IMG/VR virus record: IMGVR_UViG_3300021371_000016
Coordinates: 1-57,337 of that record
Length of the DNA: 57,337 bases
Origin: a virus
Lineage: Duplodnaviria; Caudoviricetes
Strand: one strand, 5' to 3'
Below, piece by piece: positions 1 through 9,418 of the stretch (position 1 is its first letter; each line of letters starts with the position of its first letter). Both the position numbers and the translations under genes were made by a program. Under the pieces are notes generated by a model that saw only the letters and a list, made by a program, of their open reading frames with translations, ran no database searches and had not been told where the DNA came from.

Positions 1-17
1 AGTCTGTTAGTAATCCA

Positions 18-407
18 ATGAATCCTTTTGCTAAATCTTCAGTAAGTAAATCTAAAACAGTTACTAAAGGAAGTGGACCTACAAAAGAGGTTGTTAAGAC
101 TTCAGGATCAAATAAAATAGTATCTCAAAAGAGAGGAGAGAGAATGCAAAGTAGAATGCAAAACCGTAAAGGTGCAACTACTACAACAGGAGGAGGAAGA
201 AGAAAATACACTGAGAAACCAAGATTTACAAAACCAACAACACCAGAAGCAGGCCCGCCAAGACGAAAAATGGGAATGGGCGGAAAAGCTCCTATGGCTA
301 AAGACTATGTAGGCAATCCTATGAAATACTTTAATGATAAAGCTGCATTCGGTAAAGAGATGGCAAGGAAAAAAATGATGGATAAAGATACACAAACATA
401 TCCATAA
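18..407 (+). CDS. Small, very basic (K/R-rich) hypothetical protein, possible internal virion protein
   Basis: 129-aa ORF, K/R/T-rich, contains RRKMGMGG; stop overlaps holin start (TAATG). Confidence 0.6.
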   Translation: MNPFAKSSVSKSKTVTKGSGPTKEVVKTSGSNKIVSQKRGERMQSRMQNRKGATTTTGGGRRKYTEKPRFTKPTTPEAGPPRRKMGMGGKAPMAKDYVGNPMKYFNDKAAFGKEMARKKMMDKDTQTYP

Positions 408-838
408 TGCCAGCAGCTTGGGTAACTAAACTATTTGGAGGCCTTCTTGGTAAAGCTGACAATATTATAGATGAAGTAGTCACTTCTAAAGAAGAACGAA
501 TGACTCTTAAAAATGCTATGCAGAAAATGCTTCTTGATAGTGAAGCTGTTATCCAAGAAAATGTTACGGAACGCTGGAAGTCTGATATGAATTCAGACTC
601 CTGGCTTTCTAAGAATGTTAGACCTATAGTTTTAATATTCTTAGTAGTTTGTACAATGATTCTTGTATTTATTGACGCAGGTGTCATTAAGTTTGCAGTT
701 TCAGAAAGATGGATTAACCTCTTAGAGATAACATTATTAACTGTTATAGGTGCATACTTTGGTGGTAGATCAATTGAAAAAGTAAGAAATACAAATGAAA
801 AGAAGCGGGACAGGCGTAATAGAAAAGAAGAAAATTAA
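407..838 (+). CDS. Holin (3TM / GTA-type holin family)
   Basis: N-terminal amphipathic segment, RWxSDMxSDSWLSKNVRP motif, two hydrophobic helices, YFGGRSIEK end typical of this holin family. Confidence 0.8.
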   Translation: MPAAWVTKLFGGLLGKADNIIDEVVTSKEERMTLKNAMQKMLLDSEAVIQENVTERWKSDMNSDSWLSKNVRPIVLIFLVVCTMILVFIDAGVIKFAVSERWINLLEITLLTVIGAYFGGRSIEKVRNTNEKKRDRRNRKEEN

Positions 839-926
839 AAGAAAGGGTGTTCATGCTAAAAGTAAAACATCTTTTAGCAAGGGTAGCAAGAACTACGTTA
901 AAAAATATAACAAACAAGGACGATGA
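795..926 (+). CDS. 43-aa basic peptide (MKRSGTGVIEKKKIKRKGVHAKSKTSFSKGSKNYVKKYNKQGR)
   Basis: Read manually, below the track cut-off; GVHAKSKTS..KNY.K.Y..QG pattern recalled from aquatic phage late modules; ATGA overlap with the next ORF. Confidence 0.55.
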   Translation: MKRSGTGVIEKKKIKRKGVHAKSKTSFSKGSKNYVKKYNKQGR

Positions 927-1072
927 ATGATGAACCTTTTTTAGAACTTTGCATTCATTGGCCTCATGATAGATTTGCTTTAGGATGGGAATTTATTTCA
1001 AGCGATGATGAACATAATTACTCAACTTTAAGATTATATCTTTTAGTTGTTACTTTAACATTTAATAAATAA
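923..1072 (+). CDS. 49-aa hypothetical protein (MNDEPFLELCIHWPHDRFALGWEF...)
   Basis: Read manually; ATGA-coupled to the upstream ORF, fills the gap without overlap conflict. Confidence 0.55.
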   Translation: MNDEPFLELCIHWPHDRFALGWEFISSDDEHNYSTLRLYLLVVTLTFNK

Positions 1073-1075
1073 GAT

Positions 1076-1249
1076 ATGGCAAGAGTTAAAAAAACAAATG
1101 GAGGATCCCTGCTAACTAGATTAGAGGGTCGTCTTGATATGAGCATGCCTGGAGCATCAAAAAGTGTAAAAGGTGACTGTGGTTGCAATAAAAAAATGAA
1201 TTTAGGTGGTACGGTACCATCTGCAAATACTTATTCAGGTAAAAGATGA
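1076..1249 (+). CDS. 57-aa basic hypothetical protein
   Basis: Read manually; MARVKK...KKMNLGG...; stop overlaps ATG of the 1246 ORF. Confidence 0.55.
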   Translation: MARVKKTNGGSLLTRLEGRLDMSMPGASKSVKGDCGCNKKMNLGGTVPSANTYSGKR

Positions 1250-2163
1250 ATATCTTAACTGATATATTAAGTCTTTTTAAAAGGAAGAAATTTGTATCTA
1301 AAGCAGATCCACGAGATGTTGTAGTGCTTGGTATTAATGAAGAACCTGAGATAGAAGGCATAGCTTCTCCAGTTCCATATAAAAACGCTAAGCTTATTAA
1401 AGTTAAAGATCTTATTTCTGGATCCGATTCTACATTTGAAAATTTACCAATTGGTGATTTAAACGCAGGATGCTTTAAAGATAAAACCACGGATCCTATT
1501 ACAGGAAATCCTGTTGTAAATTTTAGAAGACTTAAAAGTCTTTCTTTAGATTTAACCATAGAAGAGAACGGTGATTTTATTGAATTTGATTTGCTTTCCA
1601 ATAAATCTACAATTTTACTTACTCAAAATTTTTCTTCTTTACTAAATAAGTTTTCTACAGGTACTGATATTTTTAGTATTGGTAGACAAGCCGGGATACC
1701 TGGTGCTGATGTATCATCTCCATTTATAGGATATAGTAGTAATGATCATGCAAAAGTTGACACATTTGTTATTGATACAAGAAAACTTGTGGGTATATCA
1801 TATGCATCACCTGTAGATGTATTAAGTGGTGAAGGCTTATCAATACAAATAGTAGCCCAATCAAACATAACAGGTGTTGTTTTAAACTGGAAACTATATA
1901 AACTGGATCCTGATGATCTTGGTAATGGTGGTATTTCAGGTACTACTTTAACTCAAATAACCGGAGCAAGTAATCTTAATTTAAATACTGATCTTACAAG
2001 TGGTGGAATAAGCACATATGGTAAAGAAATAATATATGATGTTACATTAGGAGGTTCCAGCATTATTAATAAAGGAGATCTTTTATTTTTAGGATGGAGC
2101 TATGACTCAATATCTATAGATCCTTCAGACTTTCTAAATATATCAGCAACAATTAGATCGTAA
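1246..2163 (+). CDS. Virion fibre/decoration-like protein
   Basis: 305 aa, beta-rich G/S/T C-terminus; N-terminus resembles that of the collagen-fibre ORF 48650-49471. Confidence 0.55.
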   Translation: MNILTDILSLFKRKKFVSKADPRDVVVLGINEEPEIEGIASPVPYKNAKLIKVKDLISGSDSTFENLPIGDLNAGCFKDKTTDPITGNPVVNFRRLKSLSLDLTIEENGDFIEFDLLSNKSTILLTQNFSSLLNKFSTGTDIFSIGRQAGIPGADVSSPFIGYSSNDHAKVDTFVIDTRKLVGISYASPVDVLSGEGLSIQIVAQSNITGVVLNWKLYKLDPDDLGNGGISGTTLTQITGASNLNLNTDLTSGGISTYGKEIIYDVTLGGSSIINKGDLLFLGWSYDSISIDPSDFLNISATIRS

Positions 2164-2332
2164 GAACCCATTAGAAAAATATACAAAAACTAATGGGTGT
2201 TGGTTTCTCACTTATTTCATAATTCGCGGGTACTCCTACCCTGTATATTTTATTAATATCTATCTTTCTTAGTAGCTACAAGATAAATTAATAATATGGC
2301 TATTAAAGCCTTTAATATGAGCCCTAGTACAA

Positions 2333-3280
2333 TCAAATTTCAAAATCAAAATCTTCATCAAGCTCTTCTTCAAAATGCTCTTCAATTGAATTATTAGGTC
2401 CATTTGCAGCTGCTTCTCTAGCATCTTGCTGATCTATTGCCATTTGACCTGCAATATATTCTTGAGCTTCTTCATATGTAACTTCTTGATCATGATTTAC
2501 ATCTTCCATTTCTACACTAGCTTGTGTATTTATAGTATCATAGCTAACTGATCCTGCTCCTTTTAAAACATTTGCCATCATAAAATCATGAAACTTCTTT
2601 GAGTCTGATAGCCATGATCTTGGATGCACGGATTTATATGAATGTGTTACATGATTATAAAAAGCCCATGCATTTTCCATGTCAGCATTATAATCAAAAG
2701 ATGGATTTTTCATTTCATCTTTAACTACAGACATTTGTCTTGGACTAATTAGATCTTCATTGAAATACATTATTCCCAATAGCTCTGCTTGCTTTTTTAC
2801 ATCTAAAGGAGTTCCTCTCAAAGAATCTTTATCATTTTTGATTGTATTAAATGCTTTCTGAGCATTCTTTATTTGATTAGATATTTGAGATCTTATTTCT
2901 TGATCTGCGGATCCTGTATGCTTTCTAGCATAGTTAAGTTCTCCGCATACCATTCCATTAGAACAAGCCATTACATATGCTCCAATAGCACATTGAAATC
3001 TTATTGATTTATCATATGAGTTTGTCCAAGCAAACATCATCCCTAAATCTGGATCTGTAGATTCAACATTCATTGGTCTTATATGATATATGCCTTGAGC
3101 TACTTGACCTTTATTATTTGCTCTATAGTATTCTTTTGTTACTATAAATCCGCTAGATGCTAGCATTTGTTTTGTTGTATCTATCACATATTTATGTGAT
3201 ATAACTGTATAAGAATCACCGTGATTTGGTAATTCTGCATTAAGTACATAACTTTTTTCTACGTTAATTTGACTTTTCAT
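2333..3280 (-). CDS. DUF932-like protein with acidic C-terminal tail
   Basis: NSYDKS..F..AIGAYVMACSNGMV.G..RKHTG motif of the DUF932/LGT_TIGR03299 family; ends EEELDEDFDFEI. Confidence 0.7.
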   Translation of the reverse strand: MKSQINVEKSYVLNAELPNHGDSYTVISHKYVIDTTKQMLASSGFIVTKEYYRANNKGQVAQGIYHIRPMNVESTDPDLGMMFAWTNSYDKSIRFQCAIGAYVMACSNGMVCGELNYARKHTGSADQEIRSQISNQIKNAQKAFNTIKNDKDSLRGTPLDVKKQAELLGIMYFNEDLISPRQMSVVKDEMKNPSFDYNADMENAWAFYNHVTHSYKSVHPRSWLSDSKKFHDFMMANVLKGAGSVSYDTINTQASVEMEDVNHDQEVTYEEAQEYIAGQMAIDQQDAREAAANGPNNSIEEHFEEELDEDFDFEI

Positions 3281-3298
3281 GTTTAAACTTTATAAGTG

Positions 3299-3306
3299 TA
3301 AAGATA
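3299..3306 (-). promoter_or_regulatory. Bacteroidota-type -7 promoter element (TATCTTTA)
   Basis: One mismatch to TAnnTTTG, about 20 nt upstream of the DUF932 start. Confidence 0.4.
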
Positions 3307-3410
3307 GTAAATTTAATTTAATTAAAACATAATTAACCATAATAATATGGAAAGGATTGTCAGTCCTACTAAAAATTTCGTTACTTGAAATCTTAATTTT
3401 TGCCAATTCA

Positions 3411-5411
3411 TCAAAATAGTTCTAATTGATTAATATTTGTTGATAGAATATCATTTATCTGAGATTCAATGGCTTTGCTATAATATCTTAAATCAAGATT
3501 ATAGTCTTCCCATTTTGGCTGCAGTTCTATCTTATTATAAATAGATTGCAACCATTGTCCGGATTCGCATTGTATTTCTCTACCGTCTTGTTTATTAATC
3601 TTTATTATCTTTGAACTATTCTTTCCGGGCTTAGATATATAATATCTATTGATCTTCTGCAGATCTTCTTCTTTATAAACACCATTTGGTGTAGACCTTG
3701 ATACCTGTTTCCAAGCTCCTTTGGACTTCATACCAATACAATAATCTAAGATATTCTTATTTTTTTGTAAGTAATCTTCAGGCAATATATCTTTAACAAA
3801 GTAATTGTATATTGCTTTTGGTACAACGAGCTTAGATTTATTCTTATGCAGTGCAAGCGAATGAAAATTAAATCTACCCTTGAGCTTAACAGGGGCATAC
3901 ATAAAATCAGGACCTTTCACTTTAAATAAATAGTGAGGATTTTCCTCTTTAACCTTTCTCCAGGTTGTTAAGTCAACAGATTTAAAATCATTTACAGCAA
4001 TGTAATTATTTACATCACCTAAAATGAGCTTTTGATATGTGTCATGTTCTAGATTTAGTTGAGTTATATTTTCCCATTCTTCACAGACTTTAAGATAAAG
4101 ATCTTTTTTGTCTCTTGGAATTCTAATCTCAACACCATCTGTATTCTGTAACAAACCAAATGCTTCAGGTATTGCATCAAGTATCATATCATACAACATC
4201 ATTAGGCTTAGTTGGCCATTAAGAGTTATACGCATACATAGCTCCGGATCATAAAAGAAACTATTCTCCTCATTGCTTAAACCAAACGTTGAATTAAGTA
4301 TAATTTTATACACGTAATTCATTGGATTAGACTTTGGGATTTTAACTCTTTCATCAAAGAACCATTCATACTGATCACAAAACTCTTCTTTTGGGAAGTG
4401 TGCCGGTGACCATTGATTACGGATACATAGATTAGGATAGAAAGATGTAACATCAGAAGACATAATAATATGTTGATCATCTGATTTATAAACACCACTC
4501 TTTCTAGCACCATGTATACCACCTAAAGCAAAAGTTGTATGCACACCATTGTGTTCAAGCTTATACTTAAACTGACCCTTAAGCTGCATAGCATCTAGCT
4601 CTAAAGTATTAAACTTATTTAGCGCCTGTTGAAACACGGGGGACTTAAACTTTATATAAGGAAGGACCAAGTCTTTAACCTTGATTATATTCCTATAAGT
4701 TTTCATACCTTTTATTTCTCTAGGAGTTAGGTTTAACTTTTTACCTAAGTAATAAGCAAACAACTCTTTGGCAATCCGCGGTTCAGATGCACTGTATAAG
4801 TTAATCTGATACTTATCTGTCAACTCTTTACGGAGCTTTATCTGAGATTTTGATTTATCAAATATAGCTTTAGTAGATGCAACATCATTAATGCAGTATC
4901 CAACTATAGTATCAAGTTGTTCTTGTGTCTCAATCTTTACGGTATGATCAATAGGCATGTCCTGCAAGTTTTCCCAATCCATACTGAATTGTATCCACTT
5001 AAGGCTAGAACGTTTTGCGGGATTGTCCCAGTGATGCATTTTAAACAAATCAATCTGACCTATCTGTATATGCCACGGTGCAAATATACCCCACTCTTTT
5101 CTATTTTGTCTTGCTATTGTTTCTTGAGCAAATGCATAAATAACTTCTGCTATTGCACATCCCGACATGTTAGACCACAACTCATAGTTGTTTAGTATAT
5201 ACTGAGTAACTTGAGCATCAAAGGCTAATCCATTATAAGATATATGCCATTGCTTCTCATCTCTATTTTCAATTAAAAATTCTATGAACTCATCAAAATC
5301 ATTTTGTAAGTCATGTACTATAAATATTTTCTCTTCGGAAGTTTTATAGTGTTGAAACACGGCTACAAAACAATTAGATAAAGTTTCATAATCCATTACC
5401 CAATGCTTCAT
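3411..5411 (-). CDS. polB: DNA polymerase, family B (crAss-like)
   Basis: Exo I DYET, Exo II YNGLAFD, Exo III YCINDV; motif A SSDVTSFYPN, motif B KIILNSTFG, motif C QNTDG; C-terminal QLELF. Confidence 0.95.
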   Translation of the reverse strand: MKHWVMDYETLSNCFVAVFQHYKTSEEKIFIVHDLQNDFDEFIEFLIENRDEKQWHISYNGLAFDAQVTQYILNNYELWSNMSGCAIAEVIYAFAQETIARQNRKEWGIFAPWHIQIGQIDLFKMHHWDNPAKRSSLKWIQFSMDWENLQDMPIDHTVKIETQEQLDTIVGYCINDVASTKAIFDKSKSQIKLRKELTDKYQINLYSASEPRIAKELFAYYLGKKLNLTPREIKGMKTYRNIIKVKDLVLPYIKFKSPVFQQALNKFNTLELDAMQLKGQFKYKLEHNGVHTTFALGGIHGARKSGVYKSDDQHIIMSSDVTSFYPNLCIRNQWSPAHFPKEEFCDQYEWFFDERVKIPKSNPMNYVYKIILNSTFGLSNEENSFFYDPELCMRITLNGQLSLMMLYDMILDAIPEAFGLLQNTDGVEIRIPRDKKDLYLKVCEEWENITQLNLEHDTYQKLILGDVNNYIAVNDFKSVDLTTWRKVKEENPHYLFKVKGPDFMYAPVKLKGRFNFHSLALHKNKSKLVVPKAIYNYFVKDILPEDYLQKNKNILDYCIGMKSKGAWKQVSRSTPNGVYKEEDLQKINRYYISKPGKNSSKIIKINKQDGREIQCESGQWLQSIYNKIELQPKWEDYNLDLRYYSKAIESQINDILSTNINQLELF

Positions 5412-5430
5412 ATTTTAAATTTTAGCTCAT

Positions 5431-5456
5431 AAAAAAAGCCCCAATTAAGAGGCTTT
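5431..5456 (-). terminator. Intrinsic terminator-like hairpin just upstream of polB
   Basis: Minus strand AAAGCCTC-TTAATT-GGGGCTTTTTTT (stem plus U7). Confidence 0.65.
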
Positions 5457-5509
5457 ATTAAATAGTGTGGTTGAGCTGAGGGCACACTATTTTAATTATA
5501 CTTAGTAGT

Positions 5510-5929
5510 TTAGCCAGGCATAATAATATTTGAAGTTTTAGTTTCAGCAACATCTACAAAGGATTCTTTATATGGGAATGTAGCAGCGTTTATAGCAAAC
5601 ATTCCTATAAAGTTTTCTATTTCACTTTTTTCTGTAATATAAACTTCAGAAAAAGTTTCAATAGTTGTTCTTTGTTCCTTATGAACTTTACCTGTTTCTT
5701 TATTAGGGACTTTTAACCTTTGAGGTTGGCCATTGTCATCTAATCTTGGCATCATATGAAAAGATTGTTTTCTGATTTTTGTTATAACAGCAAGTATTCC
5801 AGAACTTGGATCATACATTGCTTCAACATATGGGCAGTCATTATTGACTGGCATTAAACTAAATGATTTAACATTTCTAAAAGATGATGATATTAACATC
5901 ATATTTTGACCGATTAGGGTTTTGCTCAT
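5510..5929 (-). CDS. Hypothetical protein of the replication module
   Basis: 139-aa ORF in a tightly packed operon; CPYVEAMYDP...FHMMPRLDDNG. Confidence 0.7.
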   Translation of the reverse strand: MSKTLIGQNMMLISSSFRNVKSFSLMPVNNDCPYVEAMYDPSSGILAVITKIRKQSFHMMPRLDDNGQPQRLKVPNKETGKVHKEQRTTIETFSEVYITEKSEIENFIGMFAINAATFPYKESFVDVAETKTSNIIMPG

Positions 5930-5932
5930 ATT

Positions 5933-6514
5933 CTAATTTTGATCTAAAGGTAAAGAATTATTTTTGAAAACTGCAAACTCATGCGGGATTTTTTCCTTTA
6001 GAGTTTCTTTATCAATGTCCGGAATGCTACATACTTCATATACAGATCTTATATCTTGTATATCAACCATAAGCGCTTCCGCATATATTTCATGATATTC
6101 TTCTGGATTTAAAAAACTTTTAATGTAATCGCTAATTTTACCAACTTTACCAAAATATTTTAGAATTTTATTTTTAGTTGCTAATGAAAACTTTGAATAC
6201 TTTCCATTAATAAACATTTCAAAGTCATGTTTATAACTAGAATAATCAAATACATATAAGTGTTTTTTATTTGATAGGCTTACACTGCATTCTAAAAGTC
6301 TATGATTCTTTAAAACTCTATCTTCAAATAATTTATATTCCATAGTTTTTTCTGTCCTATAAATACATATATATTTGAATTTATTTTCATCATAAAGACC
6401 TTCCCATAAGATATAAGTTTCTACTGGGACAAAATCTTCACCTTTTTTTATTTGAAGTAAAGGATATAAAAATACTTTACTCTTTTGAAAATACTGCGTG
6501 TATGTGCCTATCAT
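5933..6514 (-). CDS. Hypothetical protein of the replication module
   Basis: 193-aa ORF, KSKVFLYPLL...F.NGKYSKFS pattern; abuts its neighbours. Confidence 0.7.
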   Translation of the reverse strand: MIGTYTQYFQKSKVFLYPLLQIKKGEDFVPVETYILWEGLYDENKFKYICIYRTEKTMEYKLFEDRVLKNHRLLECSVSLSNKKHLYVFDYSSYKHDFEMFINGKYSKFSLATKNKILKYFGKVGKISDYIKSFLNPEEYHEIYAEALMVDIQDIRSVYEVCSIPDIDKETLKEKIPHEFAVFKNNSLPLDQN

Positions 6515-7513
6515 TTATAATTTTGGTTTATTTATTACAAATTCATATGGTAGGCTGTAATCTCTTTCTGAATAATGATAGTTAGCTTGTTCTAATATAT
6601 GACTTAATCCTTGAGCCCATTTCCCCATTGTACCCTCAAGTACATCGAAAACATACACTTGATTATACTTATCTATCACAACAAATTTAAAAAAAATTTT
6701 GTAATTATCAGCATCTTCAGCATCAAGTTTCTTATACACCAGGTAATTATATATTGCAGCTTGAATCCAATAGTTATAAAAATCAACGGTTTCAGCAAAA
6801 TCAGATATAGTTTTACCGGTTGTTTTTAAGTCACATATTATAATCTCTTTTTTATCAGGATCAACTTTGTAATAATCTATATAACCGTGTAGACCAAATT
6901 TATAATTTTTAAGATCGCATTTAAGATATTTTTCTACATGTGTTTTAGTCCCATCTAACTCAAAATCTGTACCTGTATGTACTTTACCATCACCGAATAA
7001 GTTCATCACATCTTTATTAGATCTAATTATATCAACTTGTTTTTGACAACGGAGATAAGTATCTTGGTCAATTACATCCTTAGACTCATTGAATAAGAAC
7101 TTCCAATAAGGATCATAGTCATCAACCTTAACCTTTGCAATTCTAGACTCATCTGTTTTAAGAGATTGATATAGATTCATCTTCTTTAATGCATCTAGTA
7201 TAACATGATCACGAACATTCTTTAATTCTTGCTCATGTGTAAAATCAATCATACTCTTCATTACCTTTCTGATATTATCACTTGGTGTTTTACCGGGTAC
7301 CAGGGCAAACTTGTTTTCAAACTCTTCTTGCTCAAGTAGTAGACAGTGTATTAACTTACCTTCTACAAGATGCTTATCTGTTTTGATCTCCCTATCTTGG
7401 AGAATATAGTCCTTATAAAATAAGGATGGGGAAAATAATAGTTTATTTAGAGAAGAATAACTAAAGTTAAAATCTTTAGTATAAAACTCCTCTTCTTTTT
7501 GTTTATCAATCAT
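6515..7513 (-). CDS. PD-(D/E)XK exonuclease (RecE/ExoVIII/DUF3799-like)
   Basis: FSYSSL, G.LIH.LLLE, GYIDY, ICDLKTTG, YWIQAAIY motifs. Confidence 0.85.
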   Translation of the reverse strand: MIDKQKEEEFYTKDFNFSYSSLNKLLFSPSLFYKDYILQDREIKTDKHLVEGKLIHCLLLEQEEFENKFALVPGKTPSDNIRKVMKSMIDFTHEQELKNVRDHVILDALKKMNLYQSLKTDESRIAKVKVDDYDPYWKFLFNESKDVIDQDTYLRCQKQVDIIRSNKDVMNLFGDGKVHTGTDFELDGTKTHVEKYLKCDLKNYKFGLHGYIDYYKVDPDKKEIIICDLKTTGKTISDFAETVDFYNYWIQAAIYNYLVYKKLDAEDADNYKIFFKFVVIDKYNQVYVFDVLEGTMGKWAQGLSHILEQANYHYSERDYSLPYEFVINKPKL

Positions 7514-7713
7514 CTCATCATTGCGTTAAAGCAGCTACGGCTGCATACATCATTCATATTATCTACTGGTGCTCCACATTCAGAGCATTCCCATCCGCCT
7601 TCAGGCATTTCAGGCTCATCCTCTTTTTCCTTCTCCTCAATAATCTCTTCAGTTTTCATTTCTTGCATCTCAGCATCAGCCTTGAAGTCATCTTTATTCA
7701 TCTCTTTTACCAT
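7510..7713 (-). CDS. Small zinc-finger protein
   Basis: CSECG...CSRSC after an acidic stretch. Confidence 0.6.
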   Translation of the reverse strand: MVKEMNKDDFKADAEMQEMKTEEIIEEKEKEDEPEMPEGGWECSECGAPVDNMNDVCSRSCFNAMMR

Positions 7714-7981
7714 CTTTAATTGTTTCTATAAACTCTTTAAATGCCTCACCCATATCAACAACTTGTTGTGCAAAATCATTATTATCTACTTTAGGATTAT
7801 CACTTATTGTTTTGTATACTTTATCACCAAGCTTTTCTACCTCAGCGATAAACTCATTACCGGCTTTTTTAATCTGCCTTTTGTATAAAGAAGGATGCTC
7901 ATACTTAACATCCTCCATAAAATCCATAAGAATAGGTAGTATACCTAATAAACATGCTACTTTTTGATTACTTGTTGCCAT
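7694..7981 (-). CDS. Hypothetical protein
   Basis: 95-aa ORF overlapping neighbours in the operon. Confidence 0.6.
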   Translation of the reverse strand: MATSNQKVACLLGILPILMDFMEDVKYEHPSLYKRQIKKAGNEFIAEVEKLGDKVYKTISDNPKVDNNDFAQQVVDMGEAFKEFIETIKDGKRDE

Positions 7982-8348
7982 AAGCTTTTACTTGTTTCAT
8001 TACTTCATTTTCTATATCTTCTTCTGATACATCTAGTTTAACTGTAATACCTACAGAATTTAGCTTATCTAATAGCTGATCTTTTTCCATAGTAGATTTA
8101 ACATAACTATAGTGAAGATCCAAAGACTTAGCAATGACATCATTGGTAAAATCTCTTATTACTACATATAACTTCTTTTTATATGCTTCAATCTTACGCT
8201 CATGTATGTAGGCCATATCTTCTTCTGTTATTCCTTCCAAAAATCCTTGGATCATCTGATCTATTATAGGCGCATATTTTTTGCCGTGATTTGCATCAGA
8301 CTTTTCAGGCTTCCAGGTTTCTTTATTGTATTTTTCTTTTTCACTCAT
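7968..8348 (-). CDS. Hypothetical protein
   Basis: 126-aa ORF in the operon. Confidence 0.6.
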   Translation of the reverse strand: MSEKEKYNKETWKPEKSDANHGKKYAPIIDQMIQGFLEGITEEDMAYIHERKIEAYKKKLYVVIRDFTNDVIAKSLDLHYSYVKSTMEKDQLLDKLNSVGITVKLDVSEEDIENEVMKQVKAYGNK

Positions 8349-8351
8349 AAT

Positions 8352-9185
8352 TTAAAATATATATCTAATTGTATTAATATCAAAATAAGCAGAATATAAA
8401 AACTTCCAATGCTCTAAATATACATGCTTATCTTTAATTGGGTATCTCATTACGCCAGATTTATTTTTAACTTCAGATGAAGCAGCCATTATGTTTTGAG
8501 CCTCTTCAGATGCCTTGGCCATTTGATTAGGATGATTCGTTAATGCAATAACTTCACATTTATTTTCACCTGCTATTGCTCTAACATTCTTAAATAATTC
8601 ATCATAATGTTCTGACCATTTATAACTAAATATAACAGGACTATAATTGATATGAACTTCCCACCCAAGATTTTTTAGTCTATTGATTTCATGTATTCTA
8701 TCAATAGTTTTTTGCATCTTAGGTTCTAGTATATCCGCATATACTTGCGGCATTAAACTTACTCTTACTCTAGGTTTCTTGTCAAAATGACTAACATCTA
8801 GATTTAATAGACTAGGATACTTAGTTGCCATAGTTGTATTTAATCTTGGATGATTATCATATCTTTTAAGATAATCTATCAGCGGTTCTGGTAAATGTTT
8901 CTGCATTAGAACTAAATCAGTATTACAAGCTATATCTACCATAGTATACACGGGATCCTGTTGATCAGGGACCTTGGTAAAACCTTCTTCCCACTTAACA
9001 ACAGATTCAAATATGTCATCTACGTTTTTATTTACAAATACTCTCTTACCATTGTACCGTGACATGTAACAATAAGTGTCTACACAGCCACCAAAACAAC
9101 CATATACTAGGTTTGGTGCTATACAGTTTGCACTATTGTTGTTATCCTTTGTTACTAGAGTCTTGGTCTTCTGCTCTTTGATCAT
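8352..9185 (-). CDS. splB: Spore photoproduct lyase-family radical SAM protein
   Basis: GCFGGCVDTYCY cluster motif, DIACNTD, ATKY, RVRVSLMP, GWEVHINYSPVI and MRY match SPL-family motifs. Confidence 0.8.
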   Translation of the reverse strand: MIKEQKTKTLVTKDNNNSANCIAPNLVYGCFGGCVDTYCYMSRYNGKRVFVNKNVDDIFESVVKWEEGFTKVPDQQDPVYTMVDIACNTDLVLMQKHLPEPLIDYLKRYDNHPRLNTTMATKYPSLLNLDVSHFDKKPRVRVSLMPQVYADILEPKMQKTIDRIHEINRLKNLGWEVHINYSPVIFSYKWSEHYDELFKNVRAIAGENKCEVIALTNHPNQMAKASEEAQNIMAASSEVKNKSGVMRYPIKDKHVYLEHWKFLYSAYFDINTIRYIF

Positions 9186-9324
9186 ATATTCTTTTTAATC
9201 TTTCTGGTAGTACAACTTCATAGTTACACTTAGTGCAACATCTACCATTATTTATAGGTTGAGCATTATGCCCAATAGGTTCAAATTCTTTATTGCAAAT
9301 ACTGCAAATATATTCTTTACTCAT
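9142..9324 (-). CDS. Small cysteine-rich (Zn-binding) protein
   Basis: CSIC...GHNAQP..GRCCTKCN..VVLPERL. Confidence 0.65.
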   Translation of the reverse strand: MSKEYICSICNKEFEPIGHNAQPINNGRCCTKCNYEVVLPERLKRIYDQRAEDQDSSNKG

Positions 9325-9367
9325 ATTAAAACAATTGTGTGCAAAACGATTGCACAGTAATTAAAAG

Positions 9368-9393
9368 GGGTGGGTGTGCTTTTACACACACCC
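9368..9393 (-). terminator. Hairpin / possible terminator after the MoxR module
   Basis: gggtgtg-cttta-cacacaccc inverted repeat next to an A-run on + (U-run on -). Confidence 0.45.
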
Positions 9394-9418
9394 AATAACA
9401 ATCAATTATGGCTTACCC

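Noticed and set aside
1116-1601. Antisense ORFs in the track (e.g. 108-395, 331-687, 1116-1601, 7499-7888, 48733-48957, 51024-51434)
   Set aside because: Shadow frames of well-supported genes on the opposite strand
3411-5411. Intein or intron in polB, terL or dnaB
   Set aside because: Motif spacing is continuous and no intein terminal motifs or homing-endonuclease inserts are seen
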